The notes under the pieces are model-generated. The model made no database searches, was not told the origin of the DNA, and saw nothing but the letters and a program-made list of their open reading frames with translations. Below, piece by piece: positions 1 through 6,886 of a DNA stretch of 32,000 bases. Every line of letters begins with the position of its first letter. Position 1 is the stretch's first letter. The position numbers were made by a program, and so were the translations under genes. This DNA comes from Nitrosospira multiformis ATCC 25196 (GTDB lineage Bacteria; Pseudomonadota; Gammaproteobacteria; Burkholderiales; Nitrosomonadaceae), in NCBI RefSeq assembly GCF_000196355.1, contig NC_007614.1:510001-542000 (forward strand), read 5' to 3'.

Positions 1-805
1 ATGGCTGACCGTTATTTGCGACATCAAAAAAATGCGCGCCTATCTGGCGATCAAGCCACAACAGAAAGAACGCGAGGCTGACGGCGGGGATTGCGAACAG
101 GTTGGCCACGGACGCGGTGAGCGTTCCCCACACCAGGATGGGAACGCGGTTTATGGTCATGCCCGGCGCCCGCATCCTGAACAGCGTAACCACGAAATTA
201 ACCGACCCTACCGTTGTGGAAATTCCGAGCAACACCATGCCGAGCGCAAAGACGTCGATATTGGGTCCGGTGTTGTATACCGGGCCCGAGAAAGGCACAT
301 AATTGAACCAGCCCGCATTCGGCGCCTGCCCCAGAGGGAAGCTGATGTACATGAAGAGGCCGGCGAACAGAAAAATCCAGTAGGAGAGTGCATTGAGGCG
401 CGGAAAGGCCATATCCCTGGAACCGAGCAAAAGCGGCCAGAGGTAGTTGGAGAAACCGGACAGAACCGGCAATGCATAGAGGAAAATCATGGTCACGCCA
501 TGCATCGTGAAAAGCTGGTTGTATTGCTCCGGTGTCAGAAACGCCATATCCGGCCCGGCAAGCTGGATGCGCAGGAACAGCGCTTCGATTCCGCCGATCA
601 CGAGGAAAAGAAAGGCCGTGACGAGATATCGTACTCCGATCGTTTTATGGTCTACTGTGGAGAGCCATCCGCGCCAACCTGGCGCCGTCTCCCAGATCTT
701 CTCCAGACGCGCTTCGATTGGGGACCCCGCGGGAATACGTCCCACTTCCGGGATCCGTTCGAGAGGGGGGTCGATGCGATGCCGGGTGGCGTCGATAGCA
801 GCCAT
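1..805 (-). CDS. coxA: cytochrome c oxidase subunit I (heme-copper oxidase), N-terminal 268 codons; the 3' end lies beyond the left edge of the window
   Basis: Not in the ORF track because it has no stop in the window. Manual reverse-strand translation from ATG (complement of 803-805) gives MAAIDATRHRIDPP...WLSTVDHKTIGVRYLVTAFLF...LFTMHGVTMIFLYALPVLSGF...MAFPRLNALSYWIF...NYVPFSG, the conserved subunit-I N-terminus. It starts 9 nt after the coxB stop. The + strand ORF 32..850 is its antisense shadow. Confidence 0.9.
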   Translation of the reverse strand, partial: MAAIDATRHRIDPPLERIPEVGRIPAGSPIEARLEKIWETAPGWRGWLSTVDHKTIGVRYLVTAFLFLVIGGIEALFLRIQLAGPDMAFLTPEQYNQLFTMHGVTMIFLYALPVLSGFSNYLWPLLLGSRDMAFPRLNALSYWIFLFAGLFMYISFPLGQAPNAGWFNYVPFSGPVYNTGPNIDVFALGMVLLGISTTVGSVNFVVTLFRMRAPGMTINRVPILVWGTLTASVANLFAIPAVSLAFFLLWLDRQIGAHFFDVANNGQP

Positions 806-814
806 ACTCTAGTT

Positions 815-1876
815 CTAGTCCAGTGTCGAAAGATAGGAGGCCAGTGCTGAAGCTTCACTGTCCGATAATGCAATACTTGGCATGCGTGCTCCCGGCTTGA
901 AGTATTGTGCGCGGGTAATCCACTCCATCAGGTGATCCGGTGTATTGGTCAACAGTCCGGCAGCAATGCGACCGCGCGAGTTCAGATGCGTGAGATCAGG
1001 ACCGTGCAGGCCTTCCGCTTCCGTTCCACGCACCGCGTGGCATCCCCCGCAGCGATCCATGAACAGCTTGTATCCATGCTCATTGTGTTCTGACACTGGG
1101 AAAGCCGTGCGGCGCTGGGCCTCTTGCCATTTCTCGAAATCCCGATCGCTTTCTGCAATCACTTCCAGATTCATATGGGCGTGGGCCGCTCCACAAAATT
1201 GTGCGCATTGACCGGCATAAATGCCGGGGACGTCTGCCTGAATCCACTTCTGATTGACCAGGCCCGGAATCATTTGAGTTTTTCCGGCGAGTACAGGTAC
1301 CCAGAACGCATGAATGACGTCCGCGCTTTTCAACTTGAGCAGCACCGGTCTGCCTACAGGTATATGAATTTCATTGGCGGTCACAAAACGTTTCGCCGGA
1401 TCGCCATGCTCGTATTCAATGTTCCACCACCAGTCGTAACCCGTTACGGTCAGGGTGAGGACTGGAGTTTCGGTGGGCTTGGCAACCGCATTGAGCACGG
1501 TCAGGAAATGAACGGTGAGCCCCGCCAATATGAAGGTGGAAATCCCTGTACCGATATAAACCCATTTGAGTCCTCCGCTCTCGGCCCCGATCATGCCGGA
1601 GTCGGCAGAGCTGCGCTTGCGAACTATGGCGATTACCAGTAGCAGTATGACGATAAGGGTAATGGCGGAGAGCAAAGCCGTCATCAGCCACCCCAGATGC
1701 ATTACGGGCGTGGCGGCAGGGCCGTAGCTGTGCAGGAAATAGTTTAAAGGGGTGCTGAGCGTGTCTGCTGCTTCGGATGGTCTTGCAGCGACCATGGATG
1801 GCGCCAGAAGCGTTATCCGGAAACGTAGGTTTTTTATTGCCGGCCTGGAATCGAAACCTGACTTGGAAGCTTTCAT
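815..1876 (-). CDS. coxB: cytochrome c oxidase subunit II with a fused C-terminal mono-heme cytochrome c domain
   Basis: Two N-terminal TM segments. CuA site ...HAFWVP...CAQFCGAAHAHM. C-terminal CGGCH heme-c motif (DRCGGCHAVRG) with a distal Met (ARMPS). Lies immediately upstream of coxA. Confidence 0.9.
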   Translation of the reverse strand: MKASKSGFDSRPAIKNLRFRITLLAPSMVAARPSEAADTLSTPLNYFLHSYGPAATPVMHLGWLMTALLSAITLIVILLLVIAIVRKRSSADSGMIGAESGGLKWVYIGTGISTFILAGLTVHFLTVLNAVAKPTETPVLTLTVTGYDWWWNIEYEHGDPAKRFVTANEIHIPVGRPVLLKLKSADVIHAFWVPVLAGKTQMIPGLVNQKWIQADVPGIYAGQCAQFCGAAHAHMNLEVIAESDRDFEKWQEAQRRTAFPVSEHNEHGYKLFMDRCGGCHAVRGTEAEGLHGPDLTHLNSRGRIAAGLLTNTPDHLMEWITRAQYFKPGARMPSIALSDSEASALASYLSTLD

Positions 1877-2113
1877 GGCTTAACCAACTCCAGTGTACGC
1901 AGAGATGCAGCGATAAGCGCGATTCCGACTGCGACGGAGTGACCAAAGGCCGAACGGACTGCAAGAGAATATCGAGGTCCGTTAACCTGTGCTGGCGTGC
2001 GGTCAGGATACACTTTCCAGCATTCAGGGACCGACGATATCGCAGTGTTTTCAAAGATTCTACGCTGCTCCCTCCATGCTTCTGTGCGCTAGCGTACGTA
2101 GAGTTTCAAAAGA

Positions 2114-2145
2114 CCCCTGAACAGGTCAGCACTCCTGTTCAGGGG
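2114..2145 (-). terminator. rho-independent terminator candidate downstream of the first carbonic anhydrase gene
   Basis: Perfect 12-bp stem CCCCTGAACAGG / CCTGTTCAGGGG with an 8-nt loop. On the minus strand it is followed by TCTTTTGAAAC. It lies about 100 nt after the stop at 2247. Confidence 0.55.
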
Positions 2146-2246
2146 GATGGTCCCTAATGCTCTTCCAGTTTGCGGTTTGGAGGGAGGCCGGAAAACAGGC
2201 GCTACATTGCCGGAACCGACCGGAAACACGGGACCTGAAATGCGAT

Positions 2247-3188
2247 TCAGGTTGCTCCAGCGAGTCTTGACCCACGCTTGAGGCCAATAAAACTGATTAC
2301 CGCGAGCCCGGCGAGGAGCATGCCATAGGATGACGGTTCGGGAACGCTCGTCGCGAGTTTGGATAAGTCGGCCGTGACAGAAACGCTTGCTTCCAGGCCA
2401 GGGATCAGTGTGCCCAGGAGATTGGGATCGGAGTCATCATGGATGCTGACGAAGCCCGGCACGTCGGTAAGCACGATGCGACCGTTCAAATCCTGAATCT
2501 CGCGCGAATTGCCTTCCGGAAACAGGGACTTGAAGGCATTGATCTGGCTCCCGGATAGATATAGCGGAGAAGCCAGTTCAACCCAGCTTACTCCTTCTGT
2601 AAAAGGCGGCGTCGTCAGAGAACCGGAGTAGCGGAAAGAACCGAGATAATCCGGCAGAAGATTGTTCAGGTTGAAGTGCTCGATATTCAGTGTTTCCTCA
2701 GTAGTTTTCGGCAAATCGGAGAAAATGGGAGCGAGTGCCTGGTTCTTGAAGAGACCTTGCTCGATATCCCGGCCGACCACGAGTAGATTGTTCGCAGCAT
2801 CGCTGAAGACGAGGTGCATTTCCATGGGACTGGCTCGACCGTTTATCAAATGTTCCGAGGGGGTGTGAAAGTGGAATTGAGCAAGGTTCCATTGATGTCC
2901 TGACAACATCAAGGTTCCTCCGCCGGGACTGACATTAGCCCTGATAGTACTTTCGTGATCAGGGGAGCCGTTATTGATCACGGTAAGCGCGGTATCGGAA
3001 TTGAGGTTGAAGTTCAACTTGGGCAAATTTCCGTAATAGGTGCTATTCGAGCGAATATCGATCGGACTTTGTGCTTCCATCAATTCCAGATTGCTCGCCA
3101 GCGTACTCGCATATGCGGTATTGAAGCCCAGCAAGAAAAGGACCGCGGCAAGGACGGCCACCCTCAGGGATCGAGATGTTTCATTCAT
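2247..3188 (-). CDS. secreted alpha-class carbonic anhydrase domain with a C-terminal PEP-CTERM sorting signal (copy 1)
   Basis: Signal peptide MNETSRSLRVAVLAAVLFLLGFNTAYA. Alpha-CA signatures: QSPIDI, AQFHFHTPSEH (two Zn His plus Glu), MEMHLVF (third Zn His), YSGSLTTPP, LNGRIV. C-terminus VPEPSSYGMLLAGLAVISFIGLKRGSR is PEP, then a TM helix, then basic residues. RBS GAGG lies 7 nt before the ATG. Confidence 0.8.
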   Translation of the reverse strand: MNETSRSLRVAVLAAVLFLLGFNTAYASTLASNLELMEAQSPIDIRSNSTYYGNLPKLNFNLNSDTALTVINNGSPDHESTIRANVSPGGGTLMLSGHQWNLAQFHFHTPSEHLINGRASPMEMHLVFSDAANNLLVVGRDIEQGLFKNQALAPIFSDLPKTTEETLNIEHFNLNNLLPDYLGSFRYSGSLTTPPFTEGVSWVELASPLYLSGSQINAFKSLFPEGNSREIQDLNGRIVLTDVPGFVSIHDDSDPNLLGTLIPGLEASVSVTADLSKLATSVPEPSSYGMLLAGLAVISFIGLKRGSRLAGAT

Positions 3189-3570
3189 AAAATGACCTCG
3201 CGAAAATAGATGTTCATAGGGTTTATAGGATGAAAATTCTAAAAGCTTGAGAAATTCCGAATGATCGGTTCCAGCGCTCGTCAGACGGGAGAGCAGCCGG
3301 TTGGAACAGACGGGGAAGATGAGCTGGTGCTTGGCCAGTCGCTGTTGTTATGAGCCACCGAAGCCGGCAGCCGCTCCACGCACGAAACCTGCTGTGGACT
3401 CGAAACCTTGCGAAGAACGACACCCGGATGGTGACGGAAGGGCCCTTTTCATGCAGCCGGTGATGTTACGAACCGTACAGGGCCGAATGGCCTGCTTTGT
3501 CAGACTTTCGGTCAGCCTTCTATTGCAGACTCTTGTTCAAATGGAAGTTGATACACTTCTTCACGTTCGA

Positions 3571-3622
3571 CTCGTCCGTTATGAGTCCCTCCACTTGCAT
3601 GGAGGGACTCATAACGGACGAG
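3571..3622 (-). terminator. 23-bp perfect inverted repeat, 4 nt downstream of the porin stop (3' hairpin; no U-tract)
   Basis: CTCGTCCGTTATGAGTCCCTCCA (3571-3593), loop CTTGCA, then the exact reverse complement (3600-3622). No T-run follows on either strand, so it is not a textbook intrinsic terminator. Confidence 0.45.
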
Positions 3623-3626
3623 ACTG

Positions 3627-5219
3627 TCAGAAGGCAATCTGATACTGCAGGACGAATTGATTCCTGTTTGAAATTTTGTATCCGGCTGAGTTGAATATGG
3701 GCCGGTTCTGGATATCGAAAGTCAGCTTGCTGTTATGTCCCTTGATCAGCCAGTTTATCCCGCCATTGAATACATTCATCTGATCATGCAGACGGTCAAA
3801 ATCCGCGCTGATGAAAGAGAAGTAAGGCATCAACTGGCCATTGTTTCCGCCGAGCAGATCCTTGGGCAGCAGATATCCTATCTGCCCGTACCATTGATTG
3901 CCTGTGCCAAACATGGGAAAGGCATTGCCGCCGGTACTGGCCGGGTTCACCCCGTTGCCGTTCATGCGCAGATAGTTGGGGCCATAATCGGTATTGAAGT
4001 AACCGATATAAGCGGAAATAGCAGTTTCCTTCACCTTGTCTACCGGGGCATCCAGATAAGCTGCAACCGACCACAAATTCATATCGTGAAACTGGGCTGC
4101 TGCCTCCGTAAGGCCGGTCCAGGTCGCATTTTTTTGGGTAATGAAACCTCCTTCCAGGTTCAGGATGCTTTTCTTGCCCAGGTAGGTACCCTGCATGTAT
4201 GGATTGGTCATCGGCTCCTTATCCCAGAAATTCCACATGAAAAACCCCTGGTATTGTTTCCTGTGGCCGGTTCGAGCAAATTGGGCATTTACCGGGGAAA
4301 TGATTTCAGGAGGAAGCCCGGCAGTATTGATGGGGAACGGGTCACTTGCCGTAAAGCGATAATTGAGGGGACCAATCTGCCCTCTGAGGTAGACGCTCAG
4401 CTTACGGTTGAATTGGTCAGTACGATCAGCAGTTGCCTGAGCCACCAGTGGCACATCCATCGTCATGATCGTGCTCACGCTGGGGCTGCTGAAGCGGGAA
4501 AGACCATTGGCCATGACAAGGCCGCCCCCCACGATCATCTGATGTCCCTGGGTCAGCCGTAATTCTCCAAAGGCATCGTGAAAGAAGGATTGAAGTTTTC
4601 TGTTATCGGCGTTCTGACTCAGGAAATTAAAATTGTTCATCCCGTACTGGGTATAAAAATATACCCGGTCAGTCAATTGCCCCTGTAATACAAAACGCGT
4701 ACGGCGCAGGCTGATGTCAGTGACATCGTCCACTGACTCACCCAGCACAGTGGAGCCGGGGTTGGTTTGTTCATACCGCGCCCATACCTGATTCAGGAAG
4801 CCGAATTTGATGTATTGGCTTCCATCCGGATTCAGGTTGAACTTGAACGGGTCCTTCTCTTTCCAGTTCGCGTATCCATATCCTCCCTGTGATTTTTCCT
4901 GGGATTTTTCCACGGATTTCGGGACGTCGCGCACCAGCACGCCCCCCTCGCCCTTTGCCTTGCCGTCAGCAACGACCCCATCCTGGCTCGAGGTGGCCAC
5001 AGGTTTTGCCGGCTTCTCCGGAACTTTTTCAAAGGACCCCATGCGGACACGTCCTTCTCCAGGCTCGGCATAAATCTGTTTTGTTTTGGTATCGACATAG
5101 AGGTCGATGACGTAAGACGCTGCGGTATCGGGCTCTGAAGACGCTGGTTTTTCTTCGGCATACAGCGGAGCTGCAAGCAGGCAACCCGATAACAACACAA
5201 GCGAAGGTTTATATTTCAT
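3627..5219 (-). CDS. outer-membrane beta-barrel porin, probably the phosphate-selective porin O/P-like family
   Basis: Signal peptide MKYKPSLVLLSGCLLAAPLYA/EE. Alternating beta-strand pattern. C-terminal ...FVLQYQIAF (terminal aromatic residue, typical of OMPs). The motif ISLRRTRFVLQGQL resembles the RRARL motif of porin O/P proteins. RBS AGGGAG precedes the ATG. Confidence 0.7.
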   Translation of the reverse strand: MKYKPSLVLLSGCLLAAPLYAEEKPASSEPDTAASYVIDLYVDTKTKQIYAEPGEGRVRMGSFEKVPEKPAKPVATSSQDGVVADGKAKGEGGVLVRDVPKSVEKSQEKSQGGYGYANWKEKDPFKFNLNPDGSQYIKFGFLNQVWARYEQTNPGSTVLGESVDDVTDISLRRTRFVLQGQLTDRVYFYTQYGMNNFNFLSQNADNRKLQSFFHDAFGELRLTQGHQMIVGGGLVMANGLSRFSSPSVSTIMTMDVPLVAQATADRTDQFNRKLSVYLRGQIGPLNYRFTASDPFPINTAGLPPEIISPVNAQFARTGHRKQYQGFFMWNFWDKEPMTNPYMQGTYLGKKSILNLEGGFITQKNATWTGLTEAAAQFHDMNLWSVAAYLDAPVDKVKETAISAYIGYFNTDYGPNYLRMNGNGVNPASTGGNAFPMFGTGNQWYGQIGYLLPKDLLGGNNGQLMPYFSFISADFDRLHDQMNVFNGGINWLIKGHNSKLTFDIQNRPIFNSAGYKISNRNQFVLQYQIAF

Positions 5220-5261
5220 TTGACGCTCCCTTTCTGGTTATGCCAAGTGCTTAATTACCCA

Positions 5262-5338
5262 CATTCAAAAGTGGTAAAGGCTGAGGTTAGGGGGGAAAAA
5301 TAACATGGCATATGTCAAGAAAATGTCATTCAAAAGTG
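5262..5338. repeat. two exact copies of the 12-mer CATTCAAAAGTG in the porin upstream region
   Basis: Copies at 5262-5273 and 5327-5338. A third partial copy, TTCAAAAGTGAAG, lies at 6842-6854 in another intergenic region of the same cluster. Confidence 0.5.
5312..5328. promoter_or_regulatory. tandem direct repeat ATGTCA-N5-ATGTCA (11-bp period) upstream of the porin gene; candidate response-regulator site
   Basis: ATGTCAAGAAAATGTCAT lies 92 nt or more upstream of the porin ATG. The same TGTCA-N6-TGTCA architecture occurs at 7866-7885. Confidence 0.4.
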
Positions 5339-5724
5339 AAGAAATAGTGAATTTCCTACGAAAAAGCAGGAGAATAAGCAAAATGAAATACAGTATATAC
5401 ACGGCGGAATCCGTATGCAAAACGTCTATGACAAGGTATTTTTGGAAAAGTCGGGTCTCTTGGGGTAAAGAATTACATTGGAAAATTGCAACGAATCCTG
5501 GGGTAAACTGATCCGTTTCGTTGGAAATGAGCGAACAGCTGAAGGCTCTGGCGGGGAAAACAGAAGGGCGAGCTGCCGGATTCTGAGGGGGGATGGGACG
5601 TAACGACGCGAAACCAGACGCTGGGGAATGAGGGGGAGCATCCCAAAAGCCAAAAGCGGGAATGAGTCCTCGCTCCGCACCCGTCAACAGTAGAAAACAG
5701 GCGTTCGGGCCCGATTCCGGCCTC

Positions 5725-6123
5725 TCAACCGCCGCCCGCACCCCCCGCTGAAATATTGGTATCTACGTCCGGGTTTGGAGGACTGGGGGCAGGCGCCACA
5801 AAGAAGCGGAGAATTCTATGCAGGAGGTCTTTCCGAGGCTCGATATCCTGCGGACAGGGAGCGGTACTTTTTTCTGCGGCCTGTCCCTCTTCTGGCGCAT
5901 TCTCGTGCCCGGCTGCCGCTTTCCCATTCGGAGAGACGGCATTTCCAGAGGTCGCTTCCTGACAGTCGACCTGCACAGCGTTCTGATGAGATGCAATCAG
6001 TGTCTGGAAAGCGGATGGAGAGGGGCGTTCATCCCCGGGCATATCGGCAGCGATAGGAGGGGACAGGACAGCGGCCGAAAAAAACAGCAACCCACCGAAG
6101 AGGATGGAACGGAAAATGCTCAT
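5725..6123 (-). CDS. small secreted protein of unknown function with the C-terminal NISAGGAGGG module (paralog A)
   Basis: Start chosen at MSIFRSILFGGLLFFSAAVLSPPIAA (signal peptide), with AAGGAGG about 9-11 nt upstream. The track start at 6159 has no RBS. The C-terminal ~43 aa is homologous to the neighbouring ORF. Confidence 0.55.
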   Translation of the reverse strand: MSIFRSILFGGLLFFSAAVLSPPIAADMPGDERPSPSAFQTLIASHQNAVQVDCQEATSGNAVSPNGKAAAGHENAPEEGQAAEKSTAPCPQDIEPRKDLLHRILRFFVAPAPSPPNPDVDTNISAGGAGGG

Positions 6124-6177
6124 CAAGCTCAACCCCTCCTTGGTTGGAGCAGGCGCCATCTGCTGCTTAAAACGGAA

Positions 6178-6663
6178 TCAGCCTCCCGCGCCGCCCACGG
6201 AAATATTCTCGTCCATCTCTCGATTGGGTCCACGGGGCGTATCAGGTCCATATAGGATACGCACCATTTTGCAGAGAAAATCCTCCTGCTCGGGCGACGC
6301 ATACTTGCATGAACCGGAGCCCGACTCGGAACCCTGCGCAGGCGCCTCCCATCCCCCGGGAGCATTTGCCCGGTCTGTTGCCTGATCTGTTTGCTGGGGC
6401 ACAGCAGCTTTATCACTCTCTCCCTTTTCAGTCCTGTTTCCCTTTTCTTCATGGGTCCCCGGGGGAAGCTCCCAACCCAGCGCATCCTTTTCCAGCGATT
6501 GATTCCGCTGGTTCGTATCGACAAATATATCCTGTACCCATCTGTTTGCGCGATCTGGCAGATCCGATTGCGCGTGCGACATTCCTGCAGCACCCGAAAT
6601 CATGATGCCGGCAAATAATGCAGTCTGCATCTTCCGCATTGTCAGTATCCGTGGACGTTTCAT
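6178..6663 (-). CDS. small secreted protein of unknown function with the C-terminal NISVGGAGG module (paralog B)
   Basis: Signal peptide ...MRKMQTALFAGIMISGAAGMSHA/QS. The middle is low-complexity and acidic or polar. The C-terminus CKYASPEQEDFLCKMVRILYGPDTPRGPNREMDENISVGGAGG aligns with paralog A. The exact start is uncertain (6663, 6639 or 6630). Confidence 0.55.
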   Translation of the reverse strand: MKRPRILTMRKMQTALFAGIMISGAAGMSHAQSDLPDRANRWVQDIFVDTNQRNQSLEKDALGWELPPGTHEEKGNRTEKGESDKAAVPQQTDQATDRANAPGGWEAPAQGSESGSGSCKYASPEQEDFLCKMVRILYGPDTPRGPNREMDENISVGGAGG

Positions 6664-6737
6664 GGCCTGCCTTCGTTCGAATGAGGGATAGAGCGCATGG
6701 TGCGCGCTTGAGGGTGCGCGGTCAAGGCAGATTTTGC

Positions 6738-6753
6738 GGATTTGTCGAAATCC
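6738..6753. promoter_or_regulatory. palindrome GGATTT-GTCG-AAATCC upstream of the small-protein gene pair; candidate operator
   Basis: Perfect 6-bp arms with a 4-bp spacer, about 75-90 nt upstream of the start at 6663 and downstream of the CA2 hairpin. Confidence 0.3.
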
Positions 6754-6794
6754 TCAAAACTCCGGGGGGAAGGGGGCAAACAAGACTGTTTGAA

Positions 6795-6827
6795 GTGGAT
6801 GAGTACCTACCTTAGGTACTCATCCAC
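6795..6827 (-). terminator. 15-bp perfect hairpin downstream of the second carbonic anhydrase gene
   Basis: GTGGATGAGTACCTA, loop CCT, TAGGTACTCATCCAC. It lies 60 nt after the stop at 6887. On the minus strand it is followed by TTCAAACAGTCTTGTTTG. Confidence 0.5.
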
Positions 6828-6886
6828 GTTGCTTCACGATTTTCAAAAGTGAAGGTTACACGGATCCGAACACGATACAGCCTGCC

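Noticed and set aside
32-850. 272-aa + strand ORF and several nested ORFs at the left edge
   Set aside because: They are antisense to an unmistakable cytochrome oxidase subunit I reading frame, and the translation is Arg/Gly/His-rich nonsense typical of shadow ORFs.
3396-3407. tRNA T-arm-like string GGTTTCGAGTCC (minus strand) in the CA1-porin spacer
   Set aside because: The flanking bases do not form a T-stem, acceptor stem or anticodon arm, so it is not a tRNA or a recognisable tRNA remnant.
3348-3452. 34-codon minus-strand ORF MKRALPSPSGCRSSQGFESTAGFVRGAAAGFGGS, ending Gly-rich like the small secreted proteins
   Set aside because: It has no RBS, no signal peptide, and no similarity to the conserved NIS-x-GGAGG module. 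The resemblance is superficial.
3571-3622. Integron attC-like or MITE interpretation of the 23-bp palindrome
   Set aside because: The arm ends (GTTATGA / TCATAAC) do not satisfy the GTTRRRY / RYYYAAC core sites. There are no extrahelical bases, no second copy in the window, and no integrase nearby.
5220-5300. Sigma54-type (TGGCAT...GAAAG) or consensus sigma70 promoter immediately upstream of the porin
   Set aside because: The GG/GC spacing and the TTGC element do not fit sigma54. TTGACA at 5312-5317 (minus strand) has no acceptable -10 at 16-18 bp, so no promoter is called.
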